Shown here one piece after another: positions 30,311-40,416 of a stretch of DNA of 60,084 nt. How positions within the stretch are numbered: the first letter of the stretch is position 1; each line of letters opens with the position of its first letter. The position numbers and the translations under genes were made by a program. The stretch comes from Micrococcales bacterium (GTDB taxonomy: Bacteria; Actinomycetota; Actinomycetes; S36-B12; GCA-2699445). The DNA lies in the NCBI GenBank assembly GCA_032127075.1, contig JAQAZZ010000068.1, positions 1 through 60,084 of the forward strand, given 5' to 3'. The notes under the pieces are model-generated. The model made no database searches. It worked only from the letters and a program-made list of their open reading frames with translations, and was not told where the DNA came from.

Positions 30311-30328
30311 TCGGGACCAAAGTCCCGA
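30311..30328. promoter_or_regulatory. DosR/DevR-type box
   Basis: TCGGGAC-CAAA-GTCCCGA matches GGGACTWWAGTCCC-type consensus. Confidence 0.7.
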
Positions 30329-30352
30329 CGGATCCTGCGACGCTCGCGAATG

Positions 30353-30398
30353 GGTGACCTGGATCACAGTTCGGCAGGCCTGTGTGATATAGGACACA
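30353..30398. promoter_or_regulatory. Two CRP/GlxR-type sites
   Basis: GGTGA-cctgga-TCACA (30353-30368) and TGTGA-tatagg-ACACA (30383-30398), each 9/10 to TGTGA-N6-TCACA. Confidence 0.65.
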
Positions 30399-30490
30399 TT
30401 CTGATTGGCGTCCGCTGACACAGATGCGGTTGAATCCCAGGGAAGCGCGGAGCACGATTCGCCGTAGGAGCGATGCGTCGGGAGGTGCCG

Positions 30491-31012
30491 ATGAGCCGGG
30501 ACCCGGTTGAGTTGTCACCCCTGCACCGGTCGGATCTTTCCCTGGCCGGATTCCTGCTGCACAACCGCTGGCCCGACACGATGCGGGAGTGGGCGCAACT
30601 GCTGGTGCTCGCCGTGCGCATTGCCGCCGTGCCGGGAACGGTGCCGACCTCGGAGATCTTCGCGACCCGCGACGACAAGCCCGAACTGCCCTCACAGGAC
30701 GTGGTGGGATTCGTCGAATGCGCCGGTCGGGCGCTCGGTCCAGACGCTCCGGCTCCGGGTTCGCTGCACAGCGCGCACGCCTTGATGGTGCTGCACCCGC
30801 CGCAGGAGACGGTGGCCACGATGCCCGACGACGAGGACAGCGCGTCCGGTTGCCTCTTCCTGCCCGGAATACCGGAGTTGGGCCTGGAGCATCGGGCCGC
30901 CTGGGTTGAGGCCGATCAGGAGGGCAACGTCAACCGGCTTCTCGGCAGGGCCAACGTCGACCCGGCGGCGGATCCCGACCTGGCCGTCCTGGCCACTTTC
31001 CGTGCCGCCTAG
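30491..31012 (+). CDS. Conserved actinobacterial hypothetical protein
   Basis: RWPDT.REWAQLLVLAVR, LHPP, GLEHRAAWVEA; SD GGAGG. Confidence 0.8.
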   Translation: MSRDPVELSPLHRSDLSLAGFLLHNRWPDTMREWAQLLVLAVRIAAVPGTVPTSEIFATRDDKPELPSQDVVGFVECAGRALGPDAPAPGSLHSAHALMVLHPPQETVATMPDDEDSASGCLFLPGIPELGLEHRAAWVEADQEGNVNRLLGRANVDPAADPDLAVLATFRAA

Positions 31013-31069
31013 CCCGACCATGTCAGCCCCCCTGCGGCGGTGGCCAGGACCGTGAGCGACAGTTGGGGG

Positions 31070-31780
31070 ATGAGCAGCAACAGCCCCCCGGGCGACGGGC
31101 CATTCCCCAGCCCTGCCGCCCAGCAGCGGCAAGGGCTCCCGCCCTTCGAGAACCCGCCTGTGGAAACTCCGCCCTTCGCCGCCCGGGCTGCCGCCCCGGC
31201 GAGCGGCGCGGCGCCCGCATCTTCCCGTGGCACGAGGCTGCTGTTCTGGGGCGGCCTCGTGCTGATGTTGCTGGCTGCAACGGCGTTGATCGTCGACTGG
31301 GCGTCGCGCAACTACGAGATGAGCCAATTGCTCACTGCCATCGAAGCCTCAGAGGCCCAGATGGCGCAGGCGCAGGATGGCATCATCGAGGTCGAGCTGC
31401 CGCCCGATCCGTCGCCGGAACAGATCGAGAAGGCAGGCGCCGAGTTGCGGTCGATCTCAGCCGCGGGCAGCGACGCAGTGGCGGAGGCGGGCCTCGACGT
31501 CGGGGCCGTGGCATTCCTGCCCTGGCATGCGGACATGGTTTCCGCCCAATCCGCCTACCGGGCCCACAACCAGGCGTGGGTGGACTACCTGGCAAAGGGC
31601 GCGAAGGATCCGCAGGACCTGTTCGGCAGCAACAATGCGATTGAACCCACCTGGCGGCGGGCAGAGTTCCAGGTGCGTGAGGCGGTGCCCCCACTCGCAT
31701 GGCCCGACATCTCCCAACGAGTCGACGAGATCTTCACCGACGACGCCAACTCCGACCCCGGTGGCTCGGTGGACGTCTGA
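31070..31780 (+). CDS. Hypothetical single-TM protein with Pro-rich N-terminus
   Basis: TM LLFWGGLVLMLLAATALIV; helical C-terminal domain. Confidence 0.7.
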   Translation: MSSNSPPGDGPFPSPAAQQRQGLPPFENPPVETPPFAARAAAPASGAAPASSRGTRLLFWGGLVLMLLAATALIVDWASRNYEMSQLLTAIEASEAQMAQAQDGIIEVELPPDPSPEQIEKAGAELRSISAAGSDAVAEAGLDVGAVAFLPWHADMVSAQSAYRAHNQAWVDYLAKGAKDPQDLFGSNNAIEPTWRRAEFQVREAVPPLAWPDISQRVDEIFTDDANSDPGGSVDV

Positions 31781-31796
31781 GGCCGCCGCGCCCGGC

Positions 31797-32930
31797 TCAG
31801 CGGCCGGCGGGGGTGACCCCCAGGCTCAGGCCCGCCAGCCCCCGCCGTCGGCCCGCGAGGTTGTCGGCGATATCTGCGATTGCTGCTCCCGCTGGGGAAT
31901 CCGGCTCCGAAACCACCAGCGGTCGGCCCCCGTCGCCGCCTTCCCGCAACCGGGTGTCGAACGGCACCCGCCCCAGCAGCGGCACGCGCGTACCCAACGC
32001 GGTGCTGAGGGTTCCGGCGACCGTGTCTCCGCCGCCGGAGCCGAACAGGTCGATCGGTTCCCCGCAATGGGGGCAGGGGAAGGCACTCATGTTCTCGATC
32101 ACGCCGGCGATCTTCTGATGGGTCTGTTGCGCCAGCATCCCGGCACGGACGGCGACCTCGGCTGCCGCCTGCTGGGGCGTGGTCACGATCAGCAACTCCG
32201 CTCCCGGCAGCAGCTGCGCCGTTGAGATCGCGATGTCACCGGTCCCCGGTGGCAGGTCCAACAGCAGCACATCAAGATCACCCCACCAGACGTCGGTGAG
32301 GAACTGCTCCAGGGCCCGGTGCAGCATCGGCCCGCGGAAGGCCACCGGCTCGGCGGATCCCCCCCGTTTGAACGGCAGCATCGAGATCGCCCGCACACCG
32401 TGCGCGTCGGGTGGCAGCAGCATGCCGTCCACAACTGTCGGCGGCCTGGTCAACCCCAGCATCCTCGGCACGGAGTGGCCGTAGATGTCGGCGTCCAACA
32501 GGCCGACGGTGCGGCCCCGCGCGGCTAGCGCGGCGGCCAGGTTGACCGTGATGGATGACTTCCCGACCCCGCCCTTCCCGGACGCAACCGCGTAGATGCG
32601 GGTGAGGGATCCGGGTCGGTTGAACGTGATCTCCTTGGTGGGTCCGCGCAGCGATTCGCGCATCTTGGTGCGCTGCTCGTCGGTCATCACCCCGAGTTCC
32701 ACGTCGGCGGCGGCCACGCCGGCGACCCCGGACACCGCCCGGGTGACGCGATCGATGATCTCGGTCTTCAAGGGACAGCCGCTGACGGTCAACAGCACCC
32801 GCACCCGGACGCGGCCGCCGTCCACCTGCACGTCGTCGACCATCCCCAGATCGGTGATGGGACGGCGGATCTCGGGATCCTCCACCGTCGCAAGGGCAGC
32901 CATGATCGCGTCGTGGTCAACAGGAGTCAT
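31797..32930 (-). CDS. mrp: Mrp/NBP35 Fe-S carrier ATPase
   Basis: DUF59 N-terminus (DPEI...GCP), SGKGGVGKS, DLPPGTGD, CPHC. Confidence 0.95.
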   Translation of the reverse strand: MTPVDHDAIMAALATVEDPEIRRPITDLGMVDDVQVDGGRVRVRVLLTVSGCPLKTEIIDRVTRAVSGVAGVAAADVELGVMTDEQRTKMRESLRGPTKEITFNRPGSLTRIYAVASGKGGVGKSSITVNLAAALAARGRTVGLLDADIYGHSVPRMLGLTRPPTVVDGMLLPPDAHGVRAISMLPFKRGGSAEPVAFRGPMLHRALEQFLTDVWWGDLDVLLLDLPPGTGDIAISTAQLLPGAELLIVTTPQQAAAEVAVRAGMLAQQTHQKIAGVIENMSAFPCPHCGEPIDLFGSGGGDTVAGTLSTALGTRVPLLGRVPFDTRLREGGDGGRPLVVSEPDSPAGAAIADIADNLAGRRRGLAGLSLGVTPAGR

Positions 32931-32939
32931 GGGTCAAGG

Positions 32940-33536
32940 CTAAGCGGGGTTTGCCGGGACCGCCGACTCCCCACCCTGGTCCCCCTTGCGCTTCTTGGAA
33001 GTCTTCTTCGATTCCCTCTTGCGCACCTGGTCCTCTTCCAGCAGATCGCGGATCTCCTCCAGCACGCCGCGCAACTCGCTGCGCACATAGTCGCGGGTGG
33101 CGGCCTCGCCGAGGGCCAGGCGCAGCGTGGCCACTTCGCGCACGATGTACTCGGTGTCGGCGACCAGCCGCTCGGAGCGGTCGCGGTCCTCGGCCCATTG
33201 CACCCGGTCGCGGTCGTCCTGCCGGTTCTGGGCCAGCAGGATCAGCGGGGCCGCGTAGGACGCCTGCAGCGACAGCAGCAAGGTGAGGAAGATGAACGGA
33301 TAGGGGTCCATCGCCTCTGGGCTGGTCACGGTCAACACGACGTTGAGCACGATCCACGCGATGATGAGCAACGTCATCCATAGGATGAAGCGCCAGGTCC
33401 CGAAGAATCGAGCCACCTTCTCGCTGAAGCGGCCGAACGTCTCCGGGTCGTACTCCAGCCGCAGGCCGGGCCCCCGGTCCATCGGTTCGTCCAGGCGCCG
33501 TTCCACCGGTCGGCGTCGCAACGGCCGCTCAACCAT
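32940..33536 (-). CDS. DUF1003 membrane protein
   Basis: DPYPFIFLTLLLSLQASYAAPLILLAQNRQ. Confidence 0.93.
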   Translation of the reverse strand: MVERPLRRRPVERRLDEPMDRGPGLRLEYDPETFGRFSEKVARFFGTWRFILWMTLLIIAWIVLNVVLTVTSPEAMDPYPFIFLTLLLSLQASYAAPLILLAQNRQDDRDRVQWAEDRDRSERLVADTEYIVREVATLRLALGEAATRDYVRSELRGVLEEIRDLLEEDQVRKRESKKTSKKRKGDQGGESAVPANPA

Positions 33537-34791
33537 GCGCCACCCCCTGGCCGCCCTCGGCATCCTCGTCGCGCCAATCCTCCGGCAGCATGTGGTCCAC
33601 GAGGTCGTCCACGGTCACCGCTCCGAGCAGGTGGTCGCTGTCATCCACGACCGGCACGGCCACAAGGTTGTAGGTCGCGAAGTAGCGGGCCACATCACCC
33701 AGGGGGGTCTGCGGGCCGATCGGCTCCAACTCGGAATCGACCACGGCGGAGACCAACGATGCCGGGGGTTCCCGCAGCAGCGCCTGGAAGTGGGCCGCAC
33801 CCAGATACTGCCCCGTCGGCGATTCCAAGGGCGGTCGGACCACATAGACCTGGGCCGCCAGCGAGGGAGGGATCTCGTAGCTGCGGATGTGCGCCAGCGC
33901 CTCAGCGATCGTCGCGTCCGGCCCCAGGATCACCGGCTCGGTCGTCATCAGACCCCCGGCGGAATCCTCCGCGTACCGCAACAGCGCTCGGATGTCCTCG
34001 GCTTCCTCGTCCTCCATCCGCTGCAGCAGGGCCGCCTGCAGCGACGGCGGCAGCTCCCCCACCAGGTCGGTGGCGTCGTCGGGCGACATCTCCTCCAAGA
34101 CGTCCGCGGCGCGCTCGGCGTCGAGTTGGGACAGGATCTCCGCGGCGTCGTCCTCGTTGAGCTCACCCAGCACCAGGGCCAGCCGGCTGTCGTCCAGCGA
34201 CCCGGCGATCTCCAGCCGCCGCACCAGCGGCAGATCCTGCAGCATCTGCGCCAGATCCTGCGGGCGCAGCGACTCGACGTTGGCCAGCACTGCGTCGGCG
34301 CCCTGATGGCTCGTGCTGTCGCGCAGCCCCTCGACATCATTCCAAGACACCACGAACGAATGGCCCCTGCGCCGGAATCCACCGCCCTGCTTGACATACA
34401 GCTTGGTGATATCCCAGTCCCGCGAGCGGTCCTGCTCGATGGCAACATCGATGACGCTGGCCGTCTTGCCGTCTGACTTGAGGATGACCGAACGGTCGAG
34501 CAGCTCCCCGATGACCAGCGTCTCCGCCGGCCGCTTCTCGAAGCGGCGCAGGTTGACCAGCCCGCCGACCACCACTTGGTTGGCGGCGAACGAACGCACC
34601 CGACCGATGGGCAGGAAGATCCTCCTGCGGGGCGGGACCTCCACGAGGAGTCCGAGGACCCGGGGCGGGCGGTCGCCGGTCAGCAGGGTCACGACGAAGT
34701 CCCGCACCCGACCAACCTGGTCGCCATTGGGGTCGAATGCCGGCACCCCGGACAGGCGGGCCACGAAGATGCGCGTCGTGTGGCCGGTCAC
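33529..34791 (-). CDS. MgtE N-terminal/CBS-domain protein (PRC-barrel N-terminus)
   Basis: AADVLEEMSPDDATDL, SAGGLMT, GAVTVDD; conserved with DUF1003-mrp. Confidence 0.92.
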   Translation of the reverse strand: MTGHTTRIFVARLSGVPAFDPNGDQVGRVRDFVVTLLTGDRPPRVLGLLVEVPPRRRIFLPIGRVRSFAANQVVVGGLVNLRRFEKRPAETLVIGELLDRSVILKSDGKTASVIDVAIEQDRSRDWDITKLYVKQGGGFRRRGHSFVVSWNDVEGLRDSTSHQGADAVLANVESLRPQDLAQMLQDLPLVRRLEIAGSLDDSRLALVLGELNEDDAAEILSQLDAERAADVLEEMSPDDATDLVGELPPSLQAALLQRMEDEEAEDIRALLRYAEDSAGGLMTTEPVILGPDATIAEALAHIRSYEIPPSLAAQVYVVRPPLESPTGQYLGAAHFQALLREPPASLVSAVVDSELEPIGPQTPLGDVARYFATYNLVAVPVVDDSDHLLGAVTVDDLVDHMLPEDWRDEDAEGGQGVAHG

Positions 34792-34893
34792 AGTTGGCAG
34801 GCTAGTCCCACGACACCGCAAATCTGGGGAAGGGGGCGGGTTCTGCGGCCCCCGGTCGACGTGCGCGCGGCGCCGGAAGGGTTGGATGGCGGC

Positions 34894-35790
34894 GTGGACA
34901 ACAGCACCGGGCTGCGGCTGCCCGGACCGCGAGACGCGGCGGTGCTCGCGGTTGCGGTGGTGGCGGTGTCTACCTCGGCGCCCATCATCGCCGCCTGCAC
35001 CGCCCCCGCCCTGGCCATCGCCTTCTGGCGGTGTGCGCTGGGAGCCGCCGCCACGGCTGCGTGGGCGCTGCGCGGCGGGCCGGGCGCCTTCGGCTCCCTC
35101 GATCGCCGTGCCCGGGGGACCCTGCTGCTGGCGGGCGTGCTGCTGGCACTGCATTTCGCCACGTGGATCCCATCGCTGCGGTTCACGTCCATCGCTTCGG
35201 CGACGGCGCTGGTGTCCACGCTGCCGGTGTGGTCGGCACTGCTGGCGCGGGCTGCCGGGGTCCGGGTGGGGCGGGGAGTGTGGCTGGGGATCGGGGTGGC
35301 ATTCGCCGGCATCATGGCGCTGACCGGGATCGACTTCTCCTTGGACCCCCGTTCGCTCATCGGCAACGCGCTCGCGCTCGTCGGCGGGATGCTAGCGGCC
35401 GCCTACGTCACCGTGGGGGAGCGTGTCCGCCAAGGGCTGAGCACGGCCGGCTACACCTTCGTCGCCTATACGGTGGCGGCCGCCGTGCTGCTGCCGCTGT
35501 GCCTCGTGACGGGGGCGGCGCTGACGGGGTACTCGACGAGGGATTGGGTGCTCATCGCGGCGCTGACGGTGTTGGCACAGCTGTTGGGGCACACCCTGGT
35601 CAATTCGGCGCTGCGCACGACGTCGGCGACGGTCGTGAGTCTGGCGCTGCTGTTCGAACTGCCCTGCACAATCCTTGTGGCGGCGGCCTGGTTGGGCCAG
35701 TGGCCCGCCCCGGAAGTGGTGCCGGCCCTGGTGCTGCTGGTGGTGGGGCTGGGGGTAGTCGTCCGCTCCGCACGCAGCGGGGCGGCCTAG
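34894..35790 (+). CDS. EamA/DMT-family transporter
   Basis: About 10 TM helices; AFWR, HFATW..SLRFTS, QLLGH. Confidence 0.9.
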   Translation: MDNSTGLRLPGPRDAAVLAVAVVAVSTSAPIIAACTAPALAIAFWRCALGAAATAAWALRGGPGAFGSLDRRARGTLLLAGVLLALHFATWIPSLRFTSIASATALVSTLPVWSALLARAAGVRVGRGVWLGIGVAFAGIMALTGIDFSLDPRSLIGNALALVGGMLAAAYVTVGERVRQGLSTAGYTFVAYTVAAAVLLPLCLVTGAALTGYSTRDWVLIAALTVLAQLLGHTLVNSALRTTSATVVSLALLFELPCTILVAAAWLGQWPAPEVVPALVLLVVGLGVVVRSARSGAA

Positions 35791-36083
35791 CCGTCGTGGT
35801 AGGCGACGTCCCAGGACTTGACGCCCCGGTTGACCAGGCAGTGCGACAGCTTGCCCACCACGTTCTTCAAGTAGCTGCTCGATGTGGATGTCGCGGCCTC
35901 CGCCTCCTCGCTCTCCCACACCGAGACGGTCATTGCCGCGTTGTTGTCGCGGTCCAGGTACAGCGCGGTGCTGACGTATCCCGGCTGAGCCTTGACGACG
36001 GGGACGACCTCCTCATGGAAGATCCGAAGGGCTTCATCGGCCATCCCGGGGACGAGTTTGGCCTCGATGGTGCGTGCGTGCAT
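35787..36083 (-). CDS. ABM-like dimeric alpha/beta barrel protein
   Basis: QPGY, VSVWESEEA; SD GGAGG. Confidence 0.75.
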   Translation of the reverse strand: MHARTIEAKLVPGMADEALRIFHEEVVPVVKAQPGYVSTALYLDRDNNAAMTVSVWESEEAEAATSTSSSYLKNVVGKLSHCLVNRGVKSWDVAYHDG

Positions 36084-36264
36084 GGGTACCTCCTAGTACG
36101 CCTTCAGGCTAGTGCTTCTGATCATGGTGTTGCCCCGGCAACGGGCCGGAGATCGGATTCCGTCCTGCGGGGGCGGTTGCCGGGGGTGCAGAGCCCGGCG
36201 GTTACCGTTGATCGTCGTCTGCGCGAGGAAGACTGCGCGCGTGAGTCCTGTGAGAGGTGCCCCC

Positions 36265-37239
36265 ATGAGCGAACAGACCACCACCCGTTCCCTGCGTTCC
36301 CGCCGCTCCAACCTGGCGGTCCCGGGCTCGAGTCCGAAGATGCTCGAGAAGGCCAAGGGCCTGCCCGCCGACCAGATCTTCATGGACCTGGAGGACTCAG
36401 TTGCCCCGCTCGCCAAGCCCGAGGCGCGCAAGAACGTGGTGGCGGCGCTGAACGAAGGCGGCTATGACGACAAGGTCCGCGTGGTGCGCGTCAACGACCT
36501 CACCACGCAGTGGACCTATCAGGACGTGACGGAGATCGTCGAGAACGCGGGACAGAGCCTGGACTGCATCATGCTGCCCAAGGTGCAGACCGCCGCCCAG
36601 GTCCAGTGGCTGGACATGACTCTGACCCAGATCGAGAAGACGATGGGCTTCGAGGTCGGGCGCATCGGCATTGAGGCGCAGATCGAGAACGCGCTCGGCC
36701 TGGTGAACGTCGATGACATCGCCCAGGCGTCGCCCCGGGTGGAGACCATCATCTTCGGTCCGGCGGACTTCATGGCCAGCATCAACATGAAGTCGCTGGT
36801 TGTGGGCGAGCAGCCCCCCGGCTACACCGAGGGCGATGCCTACCACTACATCCTGTCGCGCATCCTCATGGCGGCGCGGGCCTACGACAAGCAGGCAATC
36901 GACGGCCCGTACCTGCAGATCCGCGATGTGGAGGGCTACCGCCGCGTCGCCGAGCGCAGCGCCGCACTCGGATTCGACGGCAAATGGGTGCTGCACCCCG
37001 GTCAGGTCGAGGCCGCGAACGAGGTCTACAGCCCACGGCAGGACGACTACGACCACGCCGAACTGATCCTGGACGCATACGGCTACTACACCTCGGCCGA
37101 GGGTGGTGCCCGCGGCGCTGTGATGCTCGGCGACGAGATGATCGACGAGGCCAGCCGGAAGATGGCGCTGGTCATCGCCGGCAAGGGCCGCGCCGCCGGA
37201 ATGCAGCGCACCAAGACCTTCACTCCGCCGCAGGACTGA
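36265..37239 (+). CDS. CitE/malyl-CoA lyase family CoA-ester lyase
   Basis: RRSNLAVPG, DLEDSVA, FGPADF, GKWVLHP. Confidence 0.93.
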   Translation: MSEQTTTRSLRSRRSNLAVPGSSPKMLEKAKGLPADQIFMDLEDSVAPLAKPEARKNVVAALNEGGYDDKVRVVRVNDLTTQWTYQDVTEIVENAGQSLDCIMLPKVQTAAQVQWLDMTLTQIEKTMGFEVGRIGIEAQIENALGLVNVDDIAQASPRVETIIFGPADFMASINMKSLVVGEQPPGYTEGDAYHYILSRILMAARAYDKQAIDGPYLQIRDVEGYRRVAERSAALGFDGKWVLHPGQVEAANEVYSPRQDDYDHAELILDAYGYYTSAEGGARGAVMLGDEMIDEASRKMALVIAGKGRAAGMQRTKTFTPPQD

Positions 37240-37262
37240 CGGGGAGCCCGGGAGGCTGTCGG

Positions 37263-38009
37263 ATGTGCGGACGATATGCGGCCAGCCGGGACAAGGCGAC
37301 CCTCGTCGAGGAGTTCCACGTCGAACGGGTGCCGGAGCGGGACCTGGCAGCCGACTACAACGTGGCCCCGACCAAAGAGGTCTACATCGTCGCGGATCGT
37401 CGGCAAGCCGAGGATCGGCCCCAGCTTCGCGAGCTGGGCATCGCCCGATGGGGGCTCGTGCCCAGTTGGGCGAAGGATCCGGCGATCGGCAACCGCATGA
37501 TCAACGCGCGGGTGGAGACGCTGACCCAGAAGCCCTCCTACCGGGTGGCGGTCAGCAAGCGGCGATGCCTGCTGCCGGCCGACGGCTACTACGAGTGGTA
37601 TCAGCCCACCGATCCGGACGCCCCCCGGGGCAAGGGCGGCAAGCCGCTGAAGCAGCCCTACTTCATCCATCCGGCAGACGGCTCCGTCTTGGCCATGGCC
37701 GGGCTGTTCGAGTTCTGGCGCGACAAATCCGTGCCGCCGGACGATCCAGGCGCATGGCTGTGGACCACAACCGTGATCACCACCAACGCCACCGACGGGC
37801 TCGGCCGGATCCACGACCGGATGCCGATGTGTGTCGCCGCGCCGCAGTGGTCGGCCTGGCTCGATCCGCAGCAGACCGACGGCGCTGCCGCGGTGTCGCT
37901 GCTCACCCCGGCGGCGCCGGACTGGCTGCAAGCCGATCCCGTGAGCACCGAGGTGAACAGCGTGCGCAACAACGGCCCGGAGTTGGTCGTGCCCCTGCCC
38001 GCCGAATAG
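37263..38009 (+). CDS. SOS response-associated peptidase (SRAP/HMCES-like)
   Basis: MCGRY, YNVAPT, WGLVPSW, INARVET, IHDRMP. Confidence 0.95.
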   Translation: MCGRYAASRDKATLVEEFHVERVPERDLAADYNVAPTKEVYIVADRRQAEDRPQLRELGIARWGLVPSWAKDPAIGNRMINARVETLTQKPSYRVAVSKRRCLLPADGYYEWYQPTDPDAPRGKGGKPLKQPYFIHPADGSVLAMAGLFEFWRDKSVPPDDPGAWLWTTTVITTNATDGLGRIHDRMPMCVAAPQWSAWLDPQQTDGAAAVSLLTPAAPDWLQADPVSTEVNSVRNNGPELVVPLPAE

Positions 38010-38076
38010 CCGGCCTCCTGGCGTCGGACGGCGAAATCGACGCCTCCGCGCGCGGATGATCTGACAGTGTGGGGTC

Positions 38077-38910
38077 ATGAGCCGCATCGTGATCGTCACC
38101 GGGGGTGCCTCCGGAATCGGCGCCGGCCTGTGCCGCTCCCACGCCATCGACGGGGACACAGTTGTTGCCGCCGACCTGGACACTGTCGGACTGGGGCTTC
38201 TCGCCGACGAGCTGTCGCGCACCGCGCCGGGCACTGTTGCCGCCGCCGAGCTCGACGTCCGTGACGCCGCTGCCGTCCGGGAACTGGTGGACCGCACCGT
38301 CGCCGAGCACGGCCGGGTGGACATCATCTACAACAACGCCGGGATCGGCGTCGGCGGCAACACCCACGAGTTGGACACCGCGCACTGGGACCGTGTGATC
38401 GACGTCAACCTGCGCGGTGTCGTCCACGGTGTGCAGGCGGCCCTGCCGCACATGCTGCGGCGGGGTGACGGCCACATCGTGAACACCGCGTCCCTGGCGG
38501 GCCTCGTGCCATCGCCCGGGTTGGCGCCCTACGCGGCGACCAAACACGCAGTGGTGGGGGCAACACTGTCGCTGCGGGTGGAGTACGCGCGCCGCAATGT
38601 GCGCTTCACCGCGGTGTGCCCGGGATTCACCGACACGCCCATCCTCGACAAGCCGATGCCGGCGGACCTGCCGCCGGTCGATGTGCCGCAGGATGTCAGG
38701 GAGATGGCCGATTCGCTGCCCGGCGGCATCTACGACCTCGATTCGCTCATCGCCGATATCCGCCGCGGCGTGGACCGCAACGACGGGCTGGTCGTCGCCC
38801 CCCGCTCCGCCCGCGTTGCCTGGCGCTCATTCCGGCTGGCGCCGGCCAACTTCCTGCGGCTCCTCACCCGGCAGGTGGGCTCGCAGGTGGCCCGGCTCAA
38901 GGGCGACTAG
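38077..38910 (+). CDS. SDR oxidoreductase
   Basis: TGGASGIG, NNAG, YAATK. Confidence 0.93.
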   Translation: MSRIVIVTGGASGIGAGLCRSHAIDGDTVVAADLDTVGLGLLADELSRTAPGTVAAAELDVRDAAAVRELVDRTVAEHGRVDIIYNNAGIGVGGNTHELDTAHWDRVIDVNLRGVVHGVQAALPHMLRRGDGHIVNTASLAGLVPSPGLAPYAATKHAVVGATLSLRVEYARRNVRFTAVCPGFTDTPILDKPMPADLPPVDVPQDVREMADSLPGGIYDLDSLIADIRRGVDRNDGLVVAPRSARVAWRSFRLAPANFLRLLTRQVGSQVARLKGD

Positions 38911-38936
38911 CGACTGCTGCTTCTACACGCAAGGAT

Positions 38937-39650
38937 GTGACCGTGGCGTCCGCAGACCGTGTCGAGGAGATCGAAACGACAGTCGGTGTTGCCCGGGCGC
39001 ACTTCCACGAGGTGCACACCGGTGTCCCCCGCGGCACACTCGTGCTCGGTCACGGCGCCGGCGGCGGCGTGGACGCCTGGGATCTGCAACTGCTGGCGCG
39101 GGAACTGCCCAGGCACGGCATCGAAACCATCGTCATCGAACAGCCGTGGGCTGTGGCGGGCAAGCGGGTTGCCGCCGGCCAGTCGAACGTGGATGCCGCC
39201 TTCCGGGAGGCAGTCAACGATCTGCGGCGATCCGGGGAAGCGCTGCGGCGCCTCGTCGTGGGCGGCCGCAGCTCCGGTGGCCGCATCGCCTGCCGGACTG
39301 CTGCGGACGTCAAGGCCGACGCCGTGCTGTGTCTCGCCTTCCCGCTGCACCCGCCCGGCAAGCCCGAGAACAGCCGCGCCGATGAGCTTGCCGCCGCAGC
39401 GGCGAAGGCTCCGGTCACGGTCCTGCAGGGCGACCGGGATCCGTTCGGCGGCCCCGTCGAGGTCGCCGACGCCGCGGCAGCGCTCGACGGCACGGTTCTC
39501 GTGGTGGGTGTGCCGTGGGCCGACCATTCCTTCCGGGTGTCGGCCAAGGCTCCGCTGACGTCGGAGGAGGTGGGCCTGATCCTCACCGAAACCGCTCGTC
39601 GTGCCGTGCTGCAGCGCCACGGGAATGCCGGGCCGCTGTTGGCGCGTTGA
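38937..39650 (+). CDS. Alpha/beta hydrolase
   Basis: HGAGG, GGRSSGG, FPLHPPGKPE, QGDRDPFG, DH; typical gene upstream of sigR. Confidence 0.88.
   Translation: MTVASADRVEEIETTVGVARAHFHEVHTGVPRGTLVLGHGAGGGVDAWDLQLLARELPRHGIETIVIEQPWAVAGKRVAAGQSNVDAAFREAVNDLRRSGEALRRLVVGGRSSGGRIACRTAADVKADAVLCLAFPLHPPGKPENSRADELAAAAAKAPVTVLQGDRDPFGGPVEVADAAAALDGTVLVVGVPWADHSFRVSAKAPLTSEEVGLILTETARRAVLQRHGNAGPLLAR
39622..39649 (+). promoter_or_regulatory. SigH/SigR autoregulatory promoter
   Basis: GGAAT-N19-GTTG upstream of sigH. Confidence 0.6.
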
Positions 39651-39782
39651 AGGTGCTAGGCGGCGCCAACCGGCGCCCCCGTGAGAGGGAGGCCCGTGAA
39701 CACCGCCGCACCCGCACCCAGCGCGCTGTCCCTGGCCCCCTTCACGATAGGCGGGGCCGCGGGCGAACCCGTAGTGTTGTCG

Positions 39783-40415
39783 GTGATGGACTCCCACCAG
39801 GACGCACCCGACGTGACCGAGGACGTGACCGAGGCCGAGACCGAGGCGCAGCGAAAGGCCCGGTTCGAGCGCGACGCCCTTCCCTTCTTGGACCCGCTGT
39901 ACGGCGCTGCGCTGCGGATGACGCGCAAGCCCGCCGACGCGGAGGATCTGGTCCAAGAGGCCTTCGTGAAGGCCTACGCCGCGTTCGGCAGCTACCGCGA
40001 CGGCACGAATATCAAGGCGTGGCTGTTCCGGATCCTGACCAACACCTACATCAACCACTACCGGCGCAGGCAGCGGCAGCCGCAGCAGATCACGACCGGG
40101 GAGTTCGAGGACTGGCAGGTCGCGCCGCTGCAGAACCCGACCGAGGGTCTGCGCGGTGCCGAGGAAGAGGCGATGGCCCGCCTCACCGACACCGACATCA
40201 TCGAGGCCATGCTGGAACTGCCCGAGGACTTCCGGCTCGCGGTGTACCTGGCCGATGTCGAAGGATTCGCCTACAAGGAGATCGCCGAGATCATGGAAAC
40301 CCCGGTGGGCACGGTGATGTCGCGGCTGCACCGGGGCCGCAAACAGTTGCGCAGCCTGCTGGCCGACTACGGCCGCGAACGCGGGTTGCTGACCCTACCG
40401 GCGGAGGTTGACTGA
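39783..40415 (+). CDS. sigH: ECF sigma factor SigH/SigR (longer isoform possible from GTG 39696)
   Basis: [45 protein letters not shown]. Confidence 0.95.
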   Translation: MMDSHQDAPDVTEDVTEAETEAQRKARFERDALPFLDPLYGAALRMTRKPADAEDLVQEAFVKAYAAFGSYRDGTNIKAWLFRILTNTYINHYRRRQRQPQQITTGEFEDWQVAPLQNPTEGLRGAEEEAMARLTDTDIIEAMLELPEDFRLAVYLADVEGFAYKEIAEIMETPVGTVMSRLHRGRKQLRSLLADYGRERGLLTLPAEVD

Positions 40416-40416
40416 G

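Noticed and set aside
36133-36185. 10-bp inverted repeat CCCCGGCAAC/GTTGCCGGGG between divergent genes
   Set aside because: Single GC-rich instance; no second copy or target duplication to suggest a MITE or ncRNA
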